DNA from: Candidatus Nanohalarchaeota archaeon
GTDB lineage: Archaea > EX4484-52 > B79-G9
Length of the DNA: 64,000 nt
NCBI GenBank assembly: GCA_030634545.1
Contig: DAOWAN010000001.1
Span: 15,010-79,009 of the forward strand
Direction: 5' to 3'
Position 1 is the first letter of the stretch; each line of letters starts with the position of its first letter. Of the stretch, positions 31,201 through 41,769 are shown piece by piece. Both the position numbers and the translations under genes were made by a program. The notes under the pieces are model-generated. The model searched no databases. It had not been told where the DNA came from and worked only from the letters and a program-made list of their open reading frames with translations.

Positions 31201-32263
31201 AACCAGACTGCTTGCATTTTACAAGCATTTTATCAGACTTATTCATGAAAAATGCACCGATTATTGCAGGATAGATATAATCTATCACAGATATCAAAAG
31301 ACCTGCACCAAGAAGTGATTCATAAGATGCATAATTTGCGAAGAATATAAGAATCAAGCTTTCTCTTGCTCCGAAACCGGATATTGTAAGTGGCAGTTGA
31401 CAGAGGATAATTGTTATACTCATAAAGAGCACATATTCTATGAATGGTATATAAATGCCAACTGAAAGAAAGATGATATAATAATTTACAATTATCAAAA
31501 GCTTATTCAAAAAACAATATACAGAGATCTTAAATATATTTTTGTATGCACCCCCACATTTCATATTAATTGATGATACATATGATAATTTAGAAACAAC
31601 TTTCTTTAGATGGCACGATTTTTCAATCACATTTAGAATAAACTGTTCTATCCATTTTCTCTTGAGTATGACAATAAAAAACGTAAGAAATAAAATACAG
31701 ACTATTATCAGTTGATTAACTGAGGATACTAAAATAAATGAACTAACAAGAATTATCAGAATTATATTTATTATACCCATGATGAGATGAAGTGTAACAG
31801 ATGCTGCTGAAATTTTTATAGGTATATTATTATATTTTTTGAGATATATGGATTTTACAAAGTGACCCAGTTTTAGCGGTATAACAGTTAGTACAGGGAT
31901 AACTGATGCATTAATGATTATGGATTCCCTGTAAGTTATATTATACCCAAATTGTTTCAATATCTGCATCCACACATGTGAACTAAATATTATATTTGTA
32001 CATACAGATATCACAAGACTAAGTAAAATCAGAAGAATATTTGCACCAGTTACAACTTCTATTGTTTGACCAATATTTACTTTAGAGAATATTATCCAAA
32101 ATATAGCAATTGTTATTAGTAATGTGATTAGTGTTCTATAAATGATTTTTGATTGTCTGGTAATATTAAGCATATGACGACAATCAAAAAGCTTGGGATT
32201 CATAAATTTTAACCAATATCCAATGATTTTTGATTTTTGCAATTGCATTATAAATAACAACAT
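31169..32263 (-). CDS. LPG-synthase TM / UPF0104 flippase-like membrane protein
   Basis: Multi-TM, PLKLG, LPLTISGFGARE motif; true start probably downstream of 32263. Confidence 0.8.
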   Translation of the reverse strand: MLLFIMQLQKSKIIGYWLKFMNPKLFDCRHMLNITRQSKIIYRTLITLLITIAIFWIIFSKVNIGQTIEVVTGANILLILLSLVISVCTNIIFSSHVWMQILKQFGYNITYRESIIINASVIPVLTVIPLKLGHFVKSIYLKKYNNIPIKISAASVTLHLIMGIINIILIILVSSFILVSSVNQLIIVCILFLTFFIVILKRKWIEQFILNVIEKSCHLKKVVSKLSYVSSINMKCGGAYKNIFKISVYCFLNKLLIIVNYYIIFLSVGIYIPFIEYVLFMSITIILCQLPLTISGFGARESLILIFFANYASYESLLGAGLLISVIDYIYPAIIGAFFMNKSDKMLVKCKQSGSTNCQMRKKT

Positions 32264-32269
32264 GTGATT

Positions 32270-33010
32270 TCAGTATTGATTATTTTTAAGTAATCTTCGA
32301 ATATACAGTTTCATGAGCATTTTTATGTTCCCAATAAGGTCATTCGTACTGTATTTCGGTCTTCCTGCTCTTCGCTTGCTGAATATAATCGGTATTTCTC
32401 TTATATTACATTTTTTGTCGATGAATTCAAAGAGAATTGCCACCTGAAACGAGAAATCATCAGGAAGCACATCAAGATTTACCTTATTTATTGCGCTTTT
32501 CTTGTATAGCCTATATCCACTTGTGATATCCCTGACATTTGATTTCAAGAAGAATTTATATAGCATTGACCCAATAATAGGAAATATTTTTCTCACATAG
32601 GCATCGTTTCTCTCGCCACCGCGTATAAATCTTGAGCCAATTACAACATCAGAACCATTCTCCATGGCTTTCATAAAGCACATTATTTCCTTCGGATCAT
32701 GAGAAAAGTCTGCATCCATTTCCATGAGATATGTACCTTTTGCTTTTTTAAATCCATATTTATATGCACTGCCAATACCTTCCTTTCTGAGACGCGTATA
32801 TAGCCGTATATTTTGGTCAGTATTGCATTTTGTACTTTTAATAATCTTTTTTACAACATCAGAAGTACCATCTGGCGAATTATCATCAATTATCAATATC
32901 TCATAGCTAATCATCTCACTTTGCATGACTGCCTGTATTTTAGTAATAATCCCTTTGATGTTCTCACATTCATTATATGTTGGAATTATTATAGATATCA
33001 TGGTTTTCAC
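32270..33010 (-). CDS. polyprenol-phosphate mannose synthase-like GT2
   Basis: IIIPTYNE, IDDNSPDGT, MDADFSHDP, VIGSRF, DITSGYR. Confidence 0.92.
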   Translation of the reverse strand: MKTMISIIIPTYNECENIKGIITKIQAVMQSEMISYEILIIDDNSPDGTSDVVKKIIKSTKCNTDQNIRLYTRLRKEGIGSAYKYGFKKAKGTYLMEMDADFSHDPKEIMCFMKAMENGSDVVIGSRFIRGGERNDAYVRKIFPIIGSMLYKFFLKSNVRDITSGYRLYKKSAINKVNLDVLPDDFSFQVAILFEFIDKKCNIREIPIIFSKRRAGRPKYSTNDLIGNIKMLMKLYIRRLLKNNQY

Positions 33011-34002
33011 GTTATGACTCTGACAGGAGTAAGTGCACTAAGTCTGAATGCCATCAGATAGCTTAATTCCAGTGACCCACAGAACCCACACCCACTGCAT
33101 TTGACACCAGGCATATGATCAAACGCTTTCTTAAACCCACCACCCGGTCCAGCACAATTGTATACTTTTTCTGTATACTCTATCCTGTCGCAAGGTATCA
33201 CATCTCCATTTGGCTGTACCATGCAAAATATTCTGCCAGCAGCACAGGTTATATTTTCGTATCGCGGCCAGTTATAGATGTGATTCAACCCATCAACAGT
33301 ATTTCGTATGTGTATATTGCCCTCTCCTTTTAGTTGAATCAGCTTTTCAATGCATTTTTTGAAATCTTCTTTTGATGGAGATATAGAACCCATACCTTTT
33401 TTACCTCTATATAGTTCCTTAAGTGGCTGTAAAGCTACAACTGTATTGAACTGGCGCGCTTTCTCAAGAATAAAGTCAATATGACCAATATTATGCTTCG
33501 TAAGTGTTGTCGCAAATGTGAACCGTATATTATTCTTTTTGCATACTTCAGCAGCCCCTATTACCGCATCATATGTATTCCCGCCCCTGATCATCTCATG
33601 GACATTTTTTGGTCCGTCCAGACTGAGTTTGATAAGATCCAGATTTCTGATCTCTCCTACCTTTTCACTCACAAGCGAACCATTCGAGTTCATACTGACA
33701 GAGATATCCTTAGTCTTACAGTAATCTATGATTTTCCCGATATCTTTCCTAAGCAATGGCTCGCCGCCGCTGAATGATATCCTCTGCGTACCGAGTTTTG
33801 ACATCTCGTCAATGACCGAGAATATTCGTCTTGTTGACAGTTCTTTTGAAGAATCTGCAGGAGCGCACCATAAATTGCAGTACAGACACTGCTGATTACA
33901 TCTGCTCGTCAGATTCCAGCGAACCGCAAGAGGCGTCTTTTTATTGAACACTTTTGCGCCTGCAATTGCCATACCGGACTTTATTTTATTTTTTAGTTTC
34001 AT
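33007..34002 (-). CDS. radical SAM protein with C-terminal Twitch/SPASM-like Cys cluster
   Basis: CNQQCLYC, GGEPLLR, SLDG; CAAG...GDVIPC...CSGCGFC. Confidence 0.9.
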   Translation of the reverse strand: MKLKNKIKSGMAIAGAKVFNKKTPLAVRWNLTSRCNQQCLYCNLWCAPADSSKELSTRRIFSVIDEMSKLGTQRISFSGGEPLLRKDIGKIIDYCKTKDISVSMNSNGSLVSEKVGEIRNLDLIKLSLDGPKNVHEMIRGGNTYDAVIGAAEVCKKNNIRFTFATTLTKHNIGHIDFILEKARQFNTVVALQPLKELYRGKKGMGSISPSKEDFKKCIEKLIQLKGEGNIHIRNTVDGLNHIYNWPRYENITCAAGRIFCMVQPNGDVIPCDRIEYTEKVYNCAGPGGGFKKAFDHMPGVKCSGCGFCGSLELSYLMAFRLSALTPVRVIT

Positions 34003-35587
34003 TCAACCCACCAGATGATTCTGCACCAGGTATTATTTCGTATATCTTATATCTGTCACCAGAGTAATATAGTTCTTTATCATAGTCTTTTATGACTTCA
34101 CAGAAGCGCACATAATAGTTCAATTTACAATGTTCTTCAAATTCATCTTCAAAATCAATAAGATATATGTTGCATTTTGTATTGCTGTTATTGCAGACAT
34201 TTAAAATAGGTATAGCCCCCTCATTGTGGAGCTGCCATGCAGTATGTACGTTTTGTGGTGGATAATCCCGATATAGGAGTTCAAATGCATTCTTTGATTG
34301 CGGGTCAACAAATATCAGATAGCTATATGATTTATTTGTATTATTGAATATCGCATATATCTCTGGTAGTCTTAAGTCAGTCCAGCGCAGTGGTTGAGCA
34401 ACAAAATATTTGCAGTCTCCCATGGGTTTCTGGCACTCTATTGTTATGTATAACGCTGACATGAGTACAATTACTGCCAAAATGAGAGATACAATATTTT
34501 TATATTTTGTTTTAAGGAGTTTTGAAACCGAGTATGATTCTAAAATAATAAATGGCAGTACGAAAAATAAAAAGTATCTGGTCCCGATGTGTTTATTTAG
34601 AATGAAAGGTATCAGAACTATCGAGAGCCACAATATTAAAAAAAGTATCTGTTCACGGATTCTTATAATGACCTTTTTATCTAATAGATATAAGACAGGC
34701 AGAGTCAACATGAGAAATGTTATGTGAAAATTGTATTGAAATATTTCCAGCAGCGAGATAATATTTTTAGTCAGATATGTTGCGCCGAATTGTCCTTCAT
34801 AAAAATTTTCATGCGTTATCTCCGCAATATAAGGCAAAGTAAGTAAAATGCATAAAATAGCATATATACAGATATACATCTTATTTTGCATCTTGATTGG
34901 ACTTTTTTTGTGGATAAAATATAGAATCAACACCAATAGCAGGATAGTTTCTTCTTTTTTTATCAGACCGCAAAAGAGTATTGAAATATATGTCAGAAAA
35001 TACATCTGAGGCTCTTTTGACTTCACAGAAAGCAGGATAAGTATCAGACTGAGCATTATAAAGAAAGATGTAGTTATTTCCACTCCATGCGTACCAGAAA
35101 AGAAGATATGCCATGGAAGCAAACAAAGAATAAGTGCACTCACCATTGCCGCTTTTATATCCTTGAATAACAGATATGTAAGCAGAAACAGCATTATGAT
35201 AGAGAGACTGCCGATAATCATATCAAATAAATGCGATGAGAAGACTATATCCCCAGTCAATGAATATATTGGTGATATGAGAAGCGAGTATCCGCGCGTA
35301 TCCAATGCCGCAGGTATTTTTTGATCTTCTGATATATATATAACAGCATCCCTATGCGACCAGACAGAGACACCGGTAATTGTTTGCATTGGAGAATATG
35401 CGAAGCGCAGGATGAAACCGAAAACAGTTATGATAAGTAAGATAGCCAATGTTTTTTTGCTTATTTTTCTGTACTCGCTTGTAATTATTTTATGGTTTTT
35501 CAAAAGGAAGACAATTAATAGAGAAAAAACAAGGATATAGTAATACATTCTTGTTGCAGGGTCCAGAAAAAAAAGATTATAAGGCAT
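33986..35587 (-). CDS. GT-C superfamily (ArnT/PMT-like) membrane glycosyltransferase, paralogue 3
   Basis: Multi-TM, LPWHIFFSGT..E, RYF loop; strongly similar to 35649 and 38474. Confidence 0.75.
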   Translation of the reverse strand: MPYNLFFLDPATRMYYYILVFSLLIVFLLKNHKIITSEYRKISKKTLAILLIITVFGFILRFAYSPMQTITGVSVWSHRDAVIYISEDQKIPAALDTRGYSLLISPIYSLTGDIVFSSHLFDMIIGSLSIIMLFLLTYLLFKDIKAAMVSALILCLLPWHIFFSGTHGVEITTSFFIMLSLILILLSVKSKEPQMYFLTYISILFCGLIKKEETILLLVLILYFIHKKSPIKMQNKMYICIYAILCILLTLPYIAEITHENFYEGQFGATYLTKNIISLLEIFQYNFHITFLMLTLPVLYLLDKKVIIRIREQILFLILWLSIVLIPFILNKHIGTRYFLFFVLPFIILESYSVSKLLKTKYKNIVSLILAVIVLMSALYITIECQKPMGDCKYFVAQPLRWTDLRLPEIYAIFNNTNKSYSYLIFVDPQSKNAFELLYRDYPPQNVHTAWQLHNEGAIPILNVCNNSNTKCNIYLIDFEDEFEEHCKLNYYVRFCEVIKDYDKELYYSGDRYKIYEIIPGAESSGGLNETKK

Positions 35588-35648
35588 TATACTTATAATA
35601 GCCTCTCATTTTTTTATATCTCTCATAAAATATTGTATTGATTGCTTT

Positions 35649-37217
35649 TTATTGTGTGATGTTTGCATAATGATATATTTCATATATATCTCCAGAATAA
35701 TATAGTTCTCTTTTACGATCTATAAGTATTTCTTCAGCAAGTTGCAGGTCAATATCATCTTCAAAGAAAATAAGATAGATGTTATAGTTTCCGTATTGGT
35801 TCACAGCTTTATCCTCAATACAGCCCTCGTCAGAGATAGTTTGGCTATTATAGTATTTCCATGCTTCACCATCATCCAATACAATGTATGGATGACAATT
35901 GCCATAAAGAGTAATATACGCTTCCTTTGCCTGATTGTCCAGAAACAAGACCAGCATATCTTCCTTGTTTGTATTATTTAATATCGCATGTATCTTGGAT
36001 AATTTTGTGTCAGTTTTTTCCAGAGGTTGTGCTATAAGGTATTTACAGTTACTGTTTTCTGCGCATTCTGAATAGACATATGTAACAGAAAAAAGAAGCG
36101 CAGCCACTAAAATCAGGGATGTCTGTATTTTATACTTTGTCTTTAAAAGACCTGATATTGCAAATGATCCGAGTATTATGAAGGGCACTAAAAAGAATAC
36201 AAAATATCTGGTATGTATATCTCTATGAATCAGGAAAGGAATTATAGTTATTGAAAACCATAAGACTAAAAATAATATCTTTTCACTCTTTTTGATAATT
36301 ATTTTTTTGTTTACCACATACAGAACAATAGGTGCAAGCATAAGCAATATAATGTAGAAATTGTATTTGAATATTTCTAGTATAGATATTACGTTTTGAC
36401 TTATGTAACCTGATTCTAATAGCCCTTCCTCAATCTTACCATGCAGTGCATCAATTATGAATGGTAAAAATAGCACAGCAGCTGTAAGTAAATATGTAAT
36501 TACATGATATTTTCTTTGCATTTTTACCGGGTTCTTTTTGATAAGAAAATAGATGATAAAAACAATAAGCAAAATCATTTGTTCTTTTCTTACCAGAGCG
36601 CAGAACAATAATGATATAAATGCAAGAAAGTAAATGTCTGGTTCCTTTGACTTAATCGAGAGGAATATCAATATAATAGAGAGCATTCCAAAAAATGACG
36701 CTGTTATCTCCATACCGTGCGTACCTGAAAAGAAGATATGCCATGGAAGCAGGCAGAGTATGAATGCACTAATCATCGCCGCTTTCTGGTCTTTGAAGAG
36801 TAAGTATGTGAGCAGGAATAGCATTATGACAGAGAGACTGCCTACTACAATGTCAAAAGTATGCGCAGACCATACTATGTCCCCAGTTAATGAATATAGT
36901 GGAGACATTAAAAGAGAGTATCCTCTCGTGTGCATTTCTGAGCGTATAATCTGTTCTTCAGATATTTTTACAGCAGCATACCTATTGGACCAGACTGAAA
37001 CATTTGTTATTGTCTGCATAGGTGTAAACGCGAGGCGCAGTATAAACCCAATAAGGACTATGATAATTAGTGCATACCATGTTTTTTTGCTTATTTTCGT
37101 GTATTCAGTTGCGATTAATTTATGATTTTTAAAAAGAAGCATAACTAACAGAATGAAAATAAGCATATAATAGTACATTCTCGTTGAGTTTTCAAGAGAA
37201 AAAAAATCAATTATCAT
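35649..37217 (-). CDS. GT-C superfamily (ArnT/PMT-like) membrane glycosyltransferase, paralogue 2
   Basis: Same TRGYSLL, LPWHIFFSGT and RYF motifs. Confidence 0.75.
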   Translation of the reverse strand: MIIDFFSLENSTRMYYYMLIFILLVMLLFKNHKLIATEYTKISKKTWYALIIIVLIGFILRLAFTPMQTITNVSVWSNRYAAVKISEEQIIRSEMHTRGYSLLMSPLYSLTGDIVWSAHTFDIVVGSLSVIMLFLLTYLLFKDQKAAMISAFILCLLPWHIFFSGTHGMEITASFFGMLSIILIFLSIKSKEPDIYFLAFISLLFCALVRKEQMILLIVFIIYFLIKKNPVKMQRKYHVITYLLTAAVLFLPFIIDALHGKIEEGLLESGYISQNVISILEIFKYNFYIILLMLAPIVLYVVNKKIIIKKSEKILFLVLWFSITIIPFLIHRDIHTRYFVFFLVPFIILGSFAISGLLKTKYKIQTSLILVAALLFSVTYVYSECAENSNCKYLIAQPLEKTDTKLSKIHAILNNTNKEDMLVLFLDNQAKEAYITLYGNCHPYIVLDDGEAWKYYNSQTISDEGCIEDKAVNQYGNYNIYLIFFEDDIDLQLAEEILIDRKRELYYSGDIYEIYHYANITQ

Positions 37218-37236
37218 CGTATCATCAATCAGCTTA

Positions 37237-38196
37237 TTACTTTTTTAAATACTTTATAAACAAAGCGATTTTTAGTTGAAAAAGCAGATTTAATTCAACA
37301 TTTCCAAAACAATTACATCTGCTGCATACAGGAAAATTAAGTTCTTGAAATCCCTTAAGGAACCCACCTCTGACATTAGGAGGATTCTCTCTGTTATTGC
37401 TTCTACTGCATGCATACATGCTTCCGTCAGGTTCTATCCTGCAAAATATTTTACCTGCACTGCAATTATTGTAATTAAAACCCTCAGGCTTGATAAAATG
37501 TCTTAGGCAATCTGTTGAGTTCATCACATTTTTTTCCTGAGTTAGCTTTCTAATTGCATCTGTAAACTTCTTTTTTTCAGGAATTATGTTTTTAACACCC
37601 TTAGCTGAAAATGTATATGTGTCTACAGGTTGGAAGAGAACACCGACATCCATATCTCTTGCAATTTTCAAGACCTCGTCAAGATGTTCAACATTGTACT
37701 TTGTTATCACAGTTGTGATGTCTACGTTTAAGCCATGCTCTTTTGCAGTCCGGATACCTTCAATTGTTTTTTTGTATGTTCCTTTCCCGCGATGTATTTC
37801 ATGTATCGACTTATCACCGTCAAGACTTATTGAAAGACGATTCAATGGCATTATGTCATCAATTTTTCTCTTCACAAGAGAGCCATTAGAGTTCATTGTG
37901 ACATAAATTTTGCATTCCCTTGCATATTGTATTATTTGTCCTATATCTTCTCTTAATAACGGTTCTCCACCTGTCAGAGAGAGTACTGCTGTCTTTGCAT
38001 TTTTCATTTCTTTGATTAGTCTTAAGATTTCATCTGTTGAAAGTTCATCAGGATTGTTTTTCCATACAGCACAGTACTTGCATGTATAATTACAGCGCCA
38101 CGTTAAAACACAACTGACAATGACAGGAATTTTTTCCTTAAAGAACTTTGCTCTTAGAATTCCTGTCCCTGCACGCAATTTATTTATGAGAGCCAT
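37237..38196 (-). CDS. radical SAM protein with Twitch/SPASM-like Cys cluster (paralogue of 33007)
   Basis: CNYTCKYC, GGEPLLR, SLDG; CSAG...GSMYAC...CSRCNC. Confidence 0.9.
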   Translation of the reverse strand: MALINKLRAGTGILRAKFFKEKIPVIVSCVLTWRCNYTCKYCAVWKNNPDELSTDEILRLIKEMKNAKTAVLSLTGGEPLLREDIGQIIQYARECKIYVTMNSNGSLVKRKIDDIMPLNRLSISLDGDKSIHEIHRGKGTYKKTIEGIRTAKEHGLNVDITTVITKYNVEHLDEVLKIARDMDVGVLFQPVDTYTFSAKGVKNIIPEKKKFTDAIRKLTQEKNVMNSTDCLRHFIKPEGFNYNNCSAGKIFCRIEPDGSMYACSRSNNRENPPNVRGGFLKGFQELNFPVCSRCNCFGNVELNLLFQLKIALFIKYLKK

Positions 38197-38357
38197 ATCT
38201 TATCTTTATTGTAAGACATATTTAAAATCTTAGCTCTGCTATCTCTTAGACTCTCTTACTTTCAACATCATGATTTCACAGATATAGAATCTATTGACGC
38301 TATGAAATTCAGACATATCACTCAAATTGTCGGATTTACGAGATTTTATGATACAAG

Positions 38358-38441
38358 TCACCCGTAACGATATATCTCATATTTACCCCCGGGATAATAC
38401 ATTCTCGCATGAGTATCCAGAAAAAAGATATCCATTATCAT
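38358..38441 (-). pseudogene. collapsed GT-C paralogue (in-frame internal deletion)
   Basis: MIMDIFFLDTHARMYY-PGGKYEIYRYG*, which is the GT-C paralogue N-terminus fused to its C-terminus. Confidence 0.75.
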
Positions 38442-38473
38442 AATATTTGCACCAAAAAACAATAACCATCCAT

Positions 38474-40216
38474 TCATGAGATAAGTTTCTCATAATAGTA
38501 TATTTCGTACTCATCTCCTGAATGGTATATTTCTCTTTTGCGATCTTTTAATATTTTTTTAATGCATCGCAGGTATTCGAAATCATAGAACATTTCAAAA
38601 TCATCTTCAAAGAGAATAAAGTATATATTATATTCCCTGTATCCACTTACAGATTTATGATCAAAGACAGAGCTAGTTGGATAGATTTCTTCGTCATATC
38701 TAAAAAAAAATCCAACGCAATTTTCAAGATCAGACGAATTGAAAGTACAACTAGACAGATTAAAGTCAGTTGTTTTATTGGTTCCATCTGCTCTGTTAGT
38801 TTCAACATTAACTATATTTTCAACACGGGATTCATTAGATATAACACTATTATAAAAATAACATGCCTCATCCACATTCAAAACAATATATCGATTATAT
38901 TTCCCAGAATAAGTAATATATGCCTCTTTTGTATCTCCATCTACAAACAGAACAAGCATACTTTTTTTGTCTGTATTATTTAATATGGTCTGTATCTGTG
39001 CAAATTTTGTAACAATTTCATCTGGAGACTGTGCATAAATGTATTCACAATTGCTGTCTTGCGTACAATCCGAATATACATGAATTGCTGACAAGAGTAA
39101 CGCCGCTATCAAAATAAGGATGACTTTTTCTTCATACTTTGTTTTAAGGAGACCTGATATTGATGATGACCCAAGTATTATGAATGGAACTAAGAAAAAT
39201 ATGAAGTACCTGTTATCTATATCATTGTGAATCATAAAAGGAATTATATTTATTGAATACCATAAAAGTAAGAATAATATCTGTTCTGTTTTTTTTATTA
39301 TGTTTCTTTTGTTTACCAGATATAGAACAACAGGTGCCACTATGAATAGTATTATGTAGAAGTTATATTCAAACATTTCAAGCACAGAGATTATATTCTG
39401 ACTCATATAAACAGAACCGATATCCCCCTCATCGATCTTACCATATAGTGCATCTATAAGAAATGGTATGACAAGAATCACAGCCATAAGCAAATATACA
39501 ATGATATTGATTTTTTTTCGTATTCTTATCGGATTCTTTTTGATAAGAAAGTAAATAATGAGAACCAGAAGCAAAATCATTTCCTCTTTTCTTATCAGGG
39601 CGCAAAACAGCAATGATATAAATGTGAGAAAATAAATCTCTGGTTCTTTTGATTTTATTGAGATGAGTATCAGTATTATTGATAGCATCACGAAGAATGA
39701 TGCTGTTAGTTCTTCTCCCTGTGTACCGGAAAAAAATATATGCCATGGAAGGGCACTTAGTATGATTGCGCTAATAATTGCTGCTTTCTGATCCTTGAAG
39801 AGCAAGTATGTAAGCAGGAAAATCATTATTATAGAGAGACTGCCTATTACGATGTCAAAGATGTGTGCAGACCACATTATATTCCCAGTCAATGAATATA
39901 GAGGAGCGATTAAAAGAGAATACCCTCTTGTATGCGTATCCTGAGGCATCATATGTTCTTCTGAAATAGATACAGCAATATTCCTACTGGTCCCCATAAA
40001 AATCTCTGTTGTCTGCATCTCTAAAAAGGCGAAGCGCACGATGAATCCAAGAATAGTTATGATAAATAACATTAACCATGTTTTTCTATTTATTTTTCTG
40101 TATTCACTTGTGATTAGTTTACGATTTTTCAAGAGAAGTATCATCAATAGCAAAAATACAAATATATAATAATACATTCTAGTTGCAGCATCCAGAAAGA
40201 AGAAATCATAAAGCAT
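38474..40216 (-). CDS. GT-C superfamily (ArnT/PMT-like) membrane glycosyltransferase, paralogue 1
   Basis: Same motifs as 33986 and 35649, with a longer C-terminal extracytoplasmic domain. Confidence 0.75.
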   Translation of the reverse strand: MLYDFFFLDAATRMYYYIFVFLLLMILLLKNRKLITSEYRKINRKTWLMLFIITILGFIVRFAFLEMQTTEIFMGTSRNIAVSISEEHMMPQDTHTRGYSLLIAPLYSLTGNIMWSAHIFDIVIGSLSIIMIFLLTYLLFKDQKAAIISAIILSALPWHIFFSGTQGEELTASFFVMLSIILILISIKSKEPEIYFLTFISLLFCALIRKEEMILLLVLIIYFLIKKNPIRIRKKINIIVYLLMAVILVIPFLIDALYGKIDEGDIGSVYMSQNIISVLEMFEYNFYIILFIVAPVVLYLVNKRNIIKKTEQILFLLLWYSINIIPFMIHNDIDNRYFIFFLVPFIILGSSSISGLLKTKYEEKVILILIAALLLSAIHVYSDCTQDSNCEYIYAQSPDEIVTKFAQIQTILNNTDKKSMLVLFVDGDTKEAYITYSGKYNRYIVLNVDEACYFYNSVISNESRVENIVNVETNRADGTNKTTDFNLSSCTFNSSDLENCVGFFFRYDEEIYPTSSVFDHKSVSGYREYNIYFILFEDDFEMFYDFEYLRCIKKILKDRKREIYHSGDEYEIYYYEKLIS

Positions 40217-40437
40217 TATATCAATAAGACACTGCTATTTTTTATATTCTTTCTATGATAATATGCTCTAAATTTTATTCCTGATGACACAGCATTAACT
40301 TATTTAAATGTTGAGAGTCACAGAGTTCTATGCATAAGATTATTGATTGTAATCTGGAATTGATTTTGCATACTTAAGCCGCGAAATCGCATTTGTAATG
40401 TATTTCTGGATACATTATAGACTTAGAGAAGATTTTT

Positions 40438-40887
40438 ATGAAAAGTGATGATAAAGCATCTTTTTTGAAAAATGTGGACTTTGATTTAAGTAAAAAAGTT
40501 ACCCGGATTAATTTGAATTCTATGCTTTACCCGCGCACTGTTGTGATGAGAGCAGCATACTCATTTACTGACAGTTTCGATGTCGCTGTCGAAGGAGACG
40601 ATTCATCCAGCATTGTTTTCATCAGGGATAATGGTAATGATAAGCTGACACAAGCGGATTTTGAGGACATTGCCTATCGTTTTTATTCCGAACTGATTCA
40701 TGCAAGTGTTGAAGAGACTCAGGCGCGAAGATACGCAGACACAAGAAATGCACTGATAGGAGCTGCACTGAAATCATTATTTCCTATTACTGGTTCTTTG
40801 AACATACCCAAAGACACAAAATCTCCCCCAATTAAAGAACCTAAATTAAAAAATAATATCAAATCTACAACCAAAAACTGCAAATAA
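40438..40887 (+). CDS. hxsD: His-Xaa-Ser system protein HxsD-like
   Basis: LYPRTVVMRAAYSFTD...FYSELI...TRNALIGAAL matches the HxsD pattern; context with HxsB/HxsC. Confidence 0.75.
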   Translation: MKSDDKASFLKNVDFDLSKKVTRINLNSMLYPRTVVMRAAYSFTDSFDVAVEGDDSSSIVFIRDNGNDKLTQADFEDIAYRFYSELIHASVEETQARRYADTRNALIGAALKSLFPITGSLNIPKDTKSPPIKEPKLKNNIKSTTKNCK

Positions 40888-40993
40888 CGATTACAATAAC
40901 AGTTTCCACATAAGAATAAATCCCATAACACTCAATTTATTAGTGCCCTGACAATATAACAAAAAATAAGATGCTTTGCAAGTGCGTGGTATT

Positions 40994-41299
40994 GTGAATA
41001 TTAAAGATAAACTAAAGAAGATAAAGCAAATGGACTTATGGAAACCCGGTGACAATGAAAAGACCGGTGTTGTAAACGGGCTGATTCTCTTGGGTGCTGC
41101 TGTTGGAGCCACGCTGTCTTTCCAGGGTCATGATGCTTGTGCAGATGCACCCCTCTGTAGTAATGATGAATGGGGCAACTGGTCAGACTGGACTAATAGC
41201 TGGAACAACTGGTCAGACTGGACTAACTGGAGTGACTGGAGTGATTGGGAGCATTGGGGCAATTGGGGAAACTGGGGAAATTGGGGAAACGGTGACTAA
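40994..41299 (+). CDS. RiPP precursor with Trp-Xaa-Asn/Asp repeat core
   Basis: Basic N-region, hydrophobic stretch, then 13 W-x-(N/D/H) triads; sits between hxsD and the radical SAM genes; GTG 40994 (or TTG 40976). Confidence 0.85.
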   Translation: MNIKDKLKKIKQMDLWKPGDNEKTGVVNGLILLGAAVGATLSFQGHDACADAPLCSNDEWGNWSDWTNSWNNWSDWTNWSDWSDWEHWGNWGNWGNWGNGD

Positions 41300-41439
41300 C
41301 CAGTTTGATTGAAATACAGATTATAATAACAAAAGCCTGCAAATGGCTTTATACCGCTACAGACCATGCATGGCAATGTCCTGATTGTATAGTTCAGGTC
41401 GTTACTATCTGGACAAACTGAACCAAAAACCAATAGACC

Positions 41440-41767
41440 TTAACTATCCGGGCGAATCTCAAAGATTCGCTGGATTTCGCAAATCGTACCGATTTCCTAT
41501 ATCGCCAAAAACGCATGCGTTTTTGCGACACTAAAATTCCCGAGGAATTTTAAGAGTTGCGAAATTAGGAATTGGGTAGCAATTTCGCAATCATAAAAAT
41601 CACAAAGTGATTTTTAATGATCCTAACAAATCACATTGATTTGTTGGATGCTAAAATTGCATCGCAATTTTAAGCATATGGAAAAGTCATATAGTCCATT
41701 TTGAAGACGATAGTCTTCGAAAGCTTGGCATGTAATGCCATGAAATAGTTATGACTTTTACTATATT
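41440..41767. repeat. modular multi-hairpin repeat element, copy B
   Basis: Shares a 98-nt identical block with copy A and a 119-nt block (6 mismatches) with copy C. Confidence 0.85.
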
Positions 41768-41769
41768 AC

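Noticed and set aside
41171..41299. 9-bp periodic DNA as a non-coding microsatellite or CRISPR
   Set aside because: Variation is synonymous or conservative in one frame, and the ORF has a leader and RiPP context
41440..41767. Hairpin arrays as tRNA, rRNA or CRISPR
   Set aside because: No cloverleaf or T-loop consensus and no repeat-spacer periodicity
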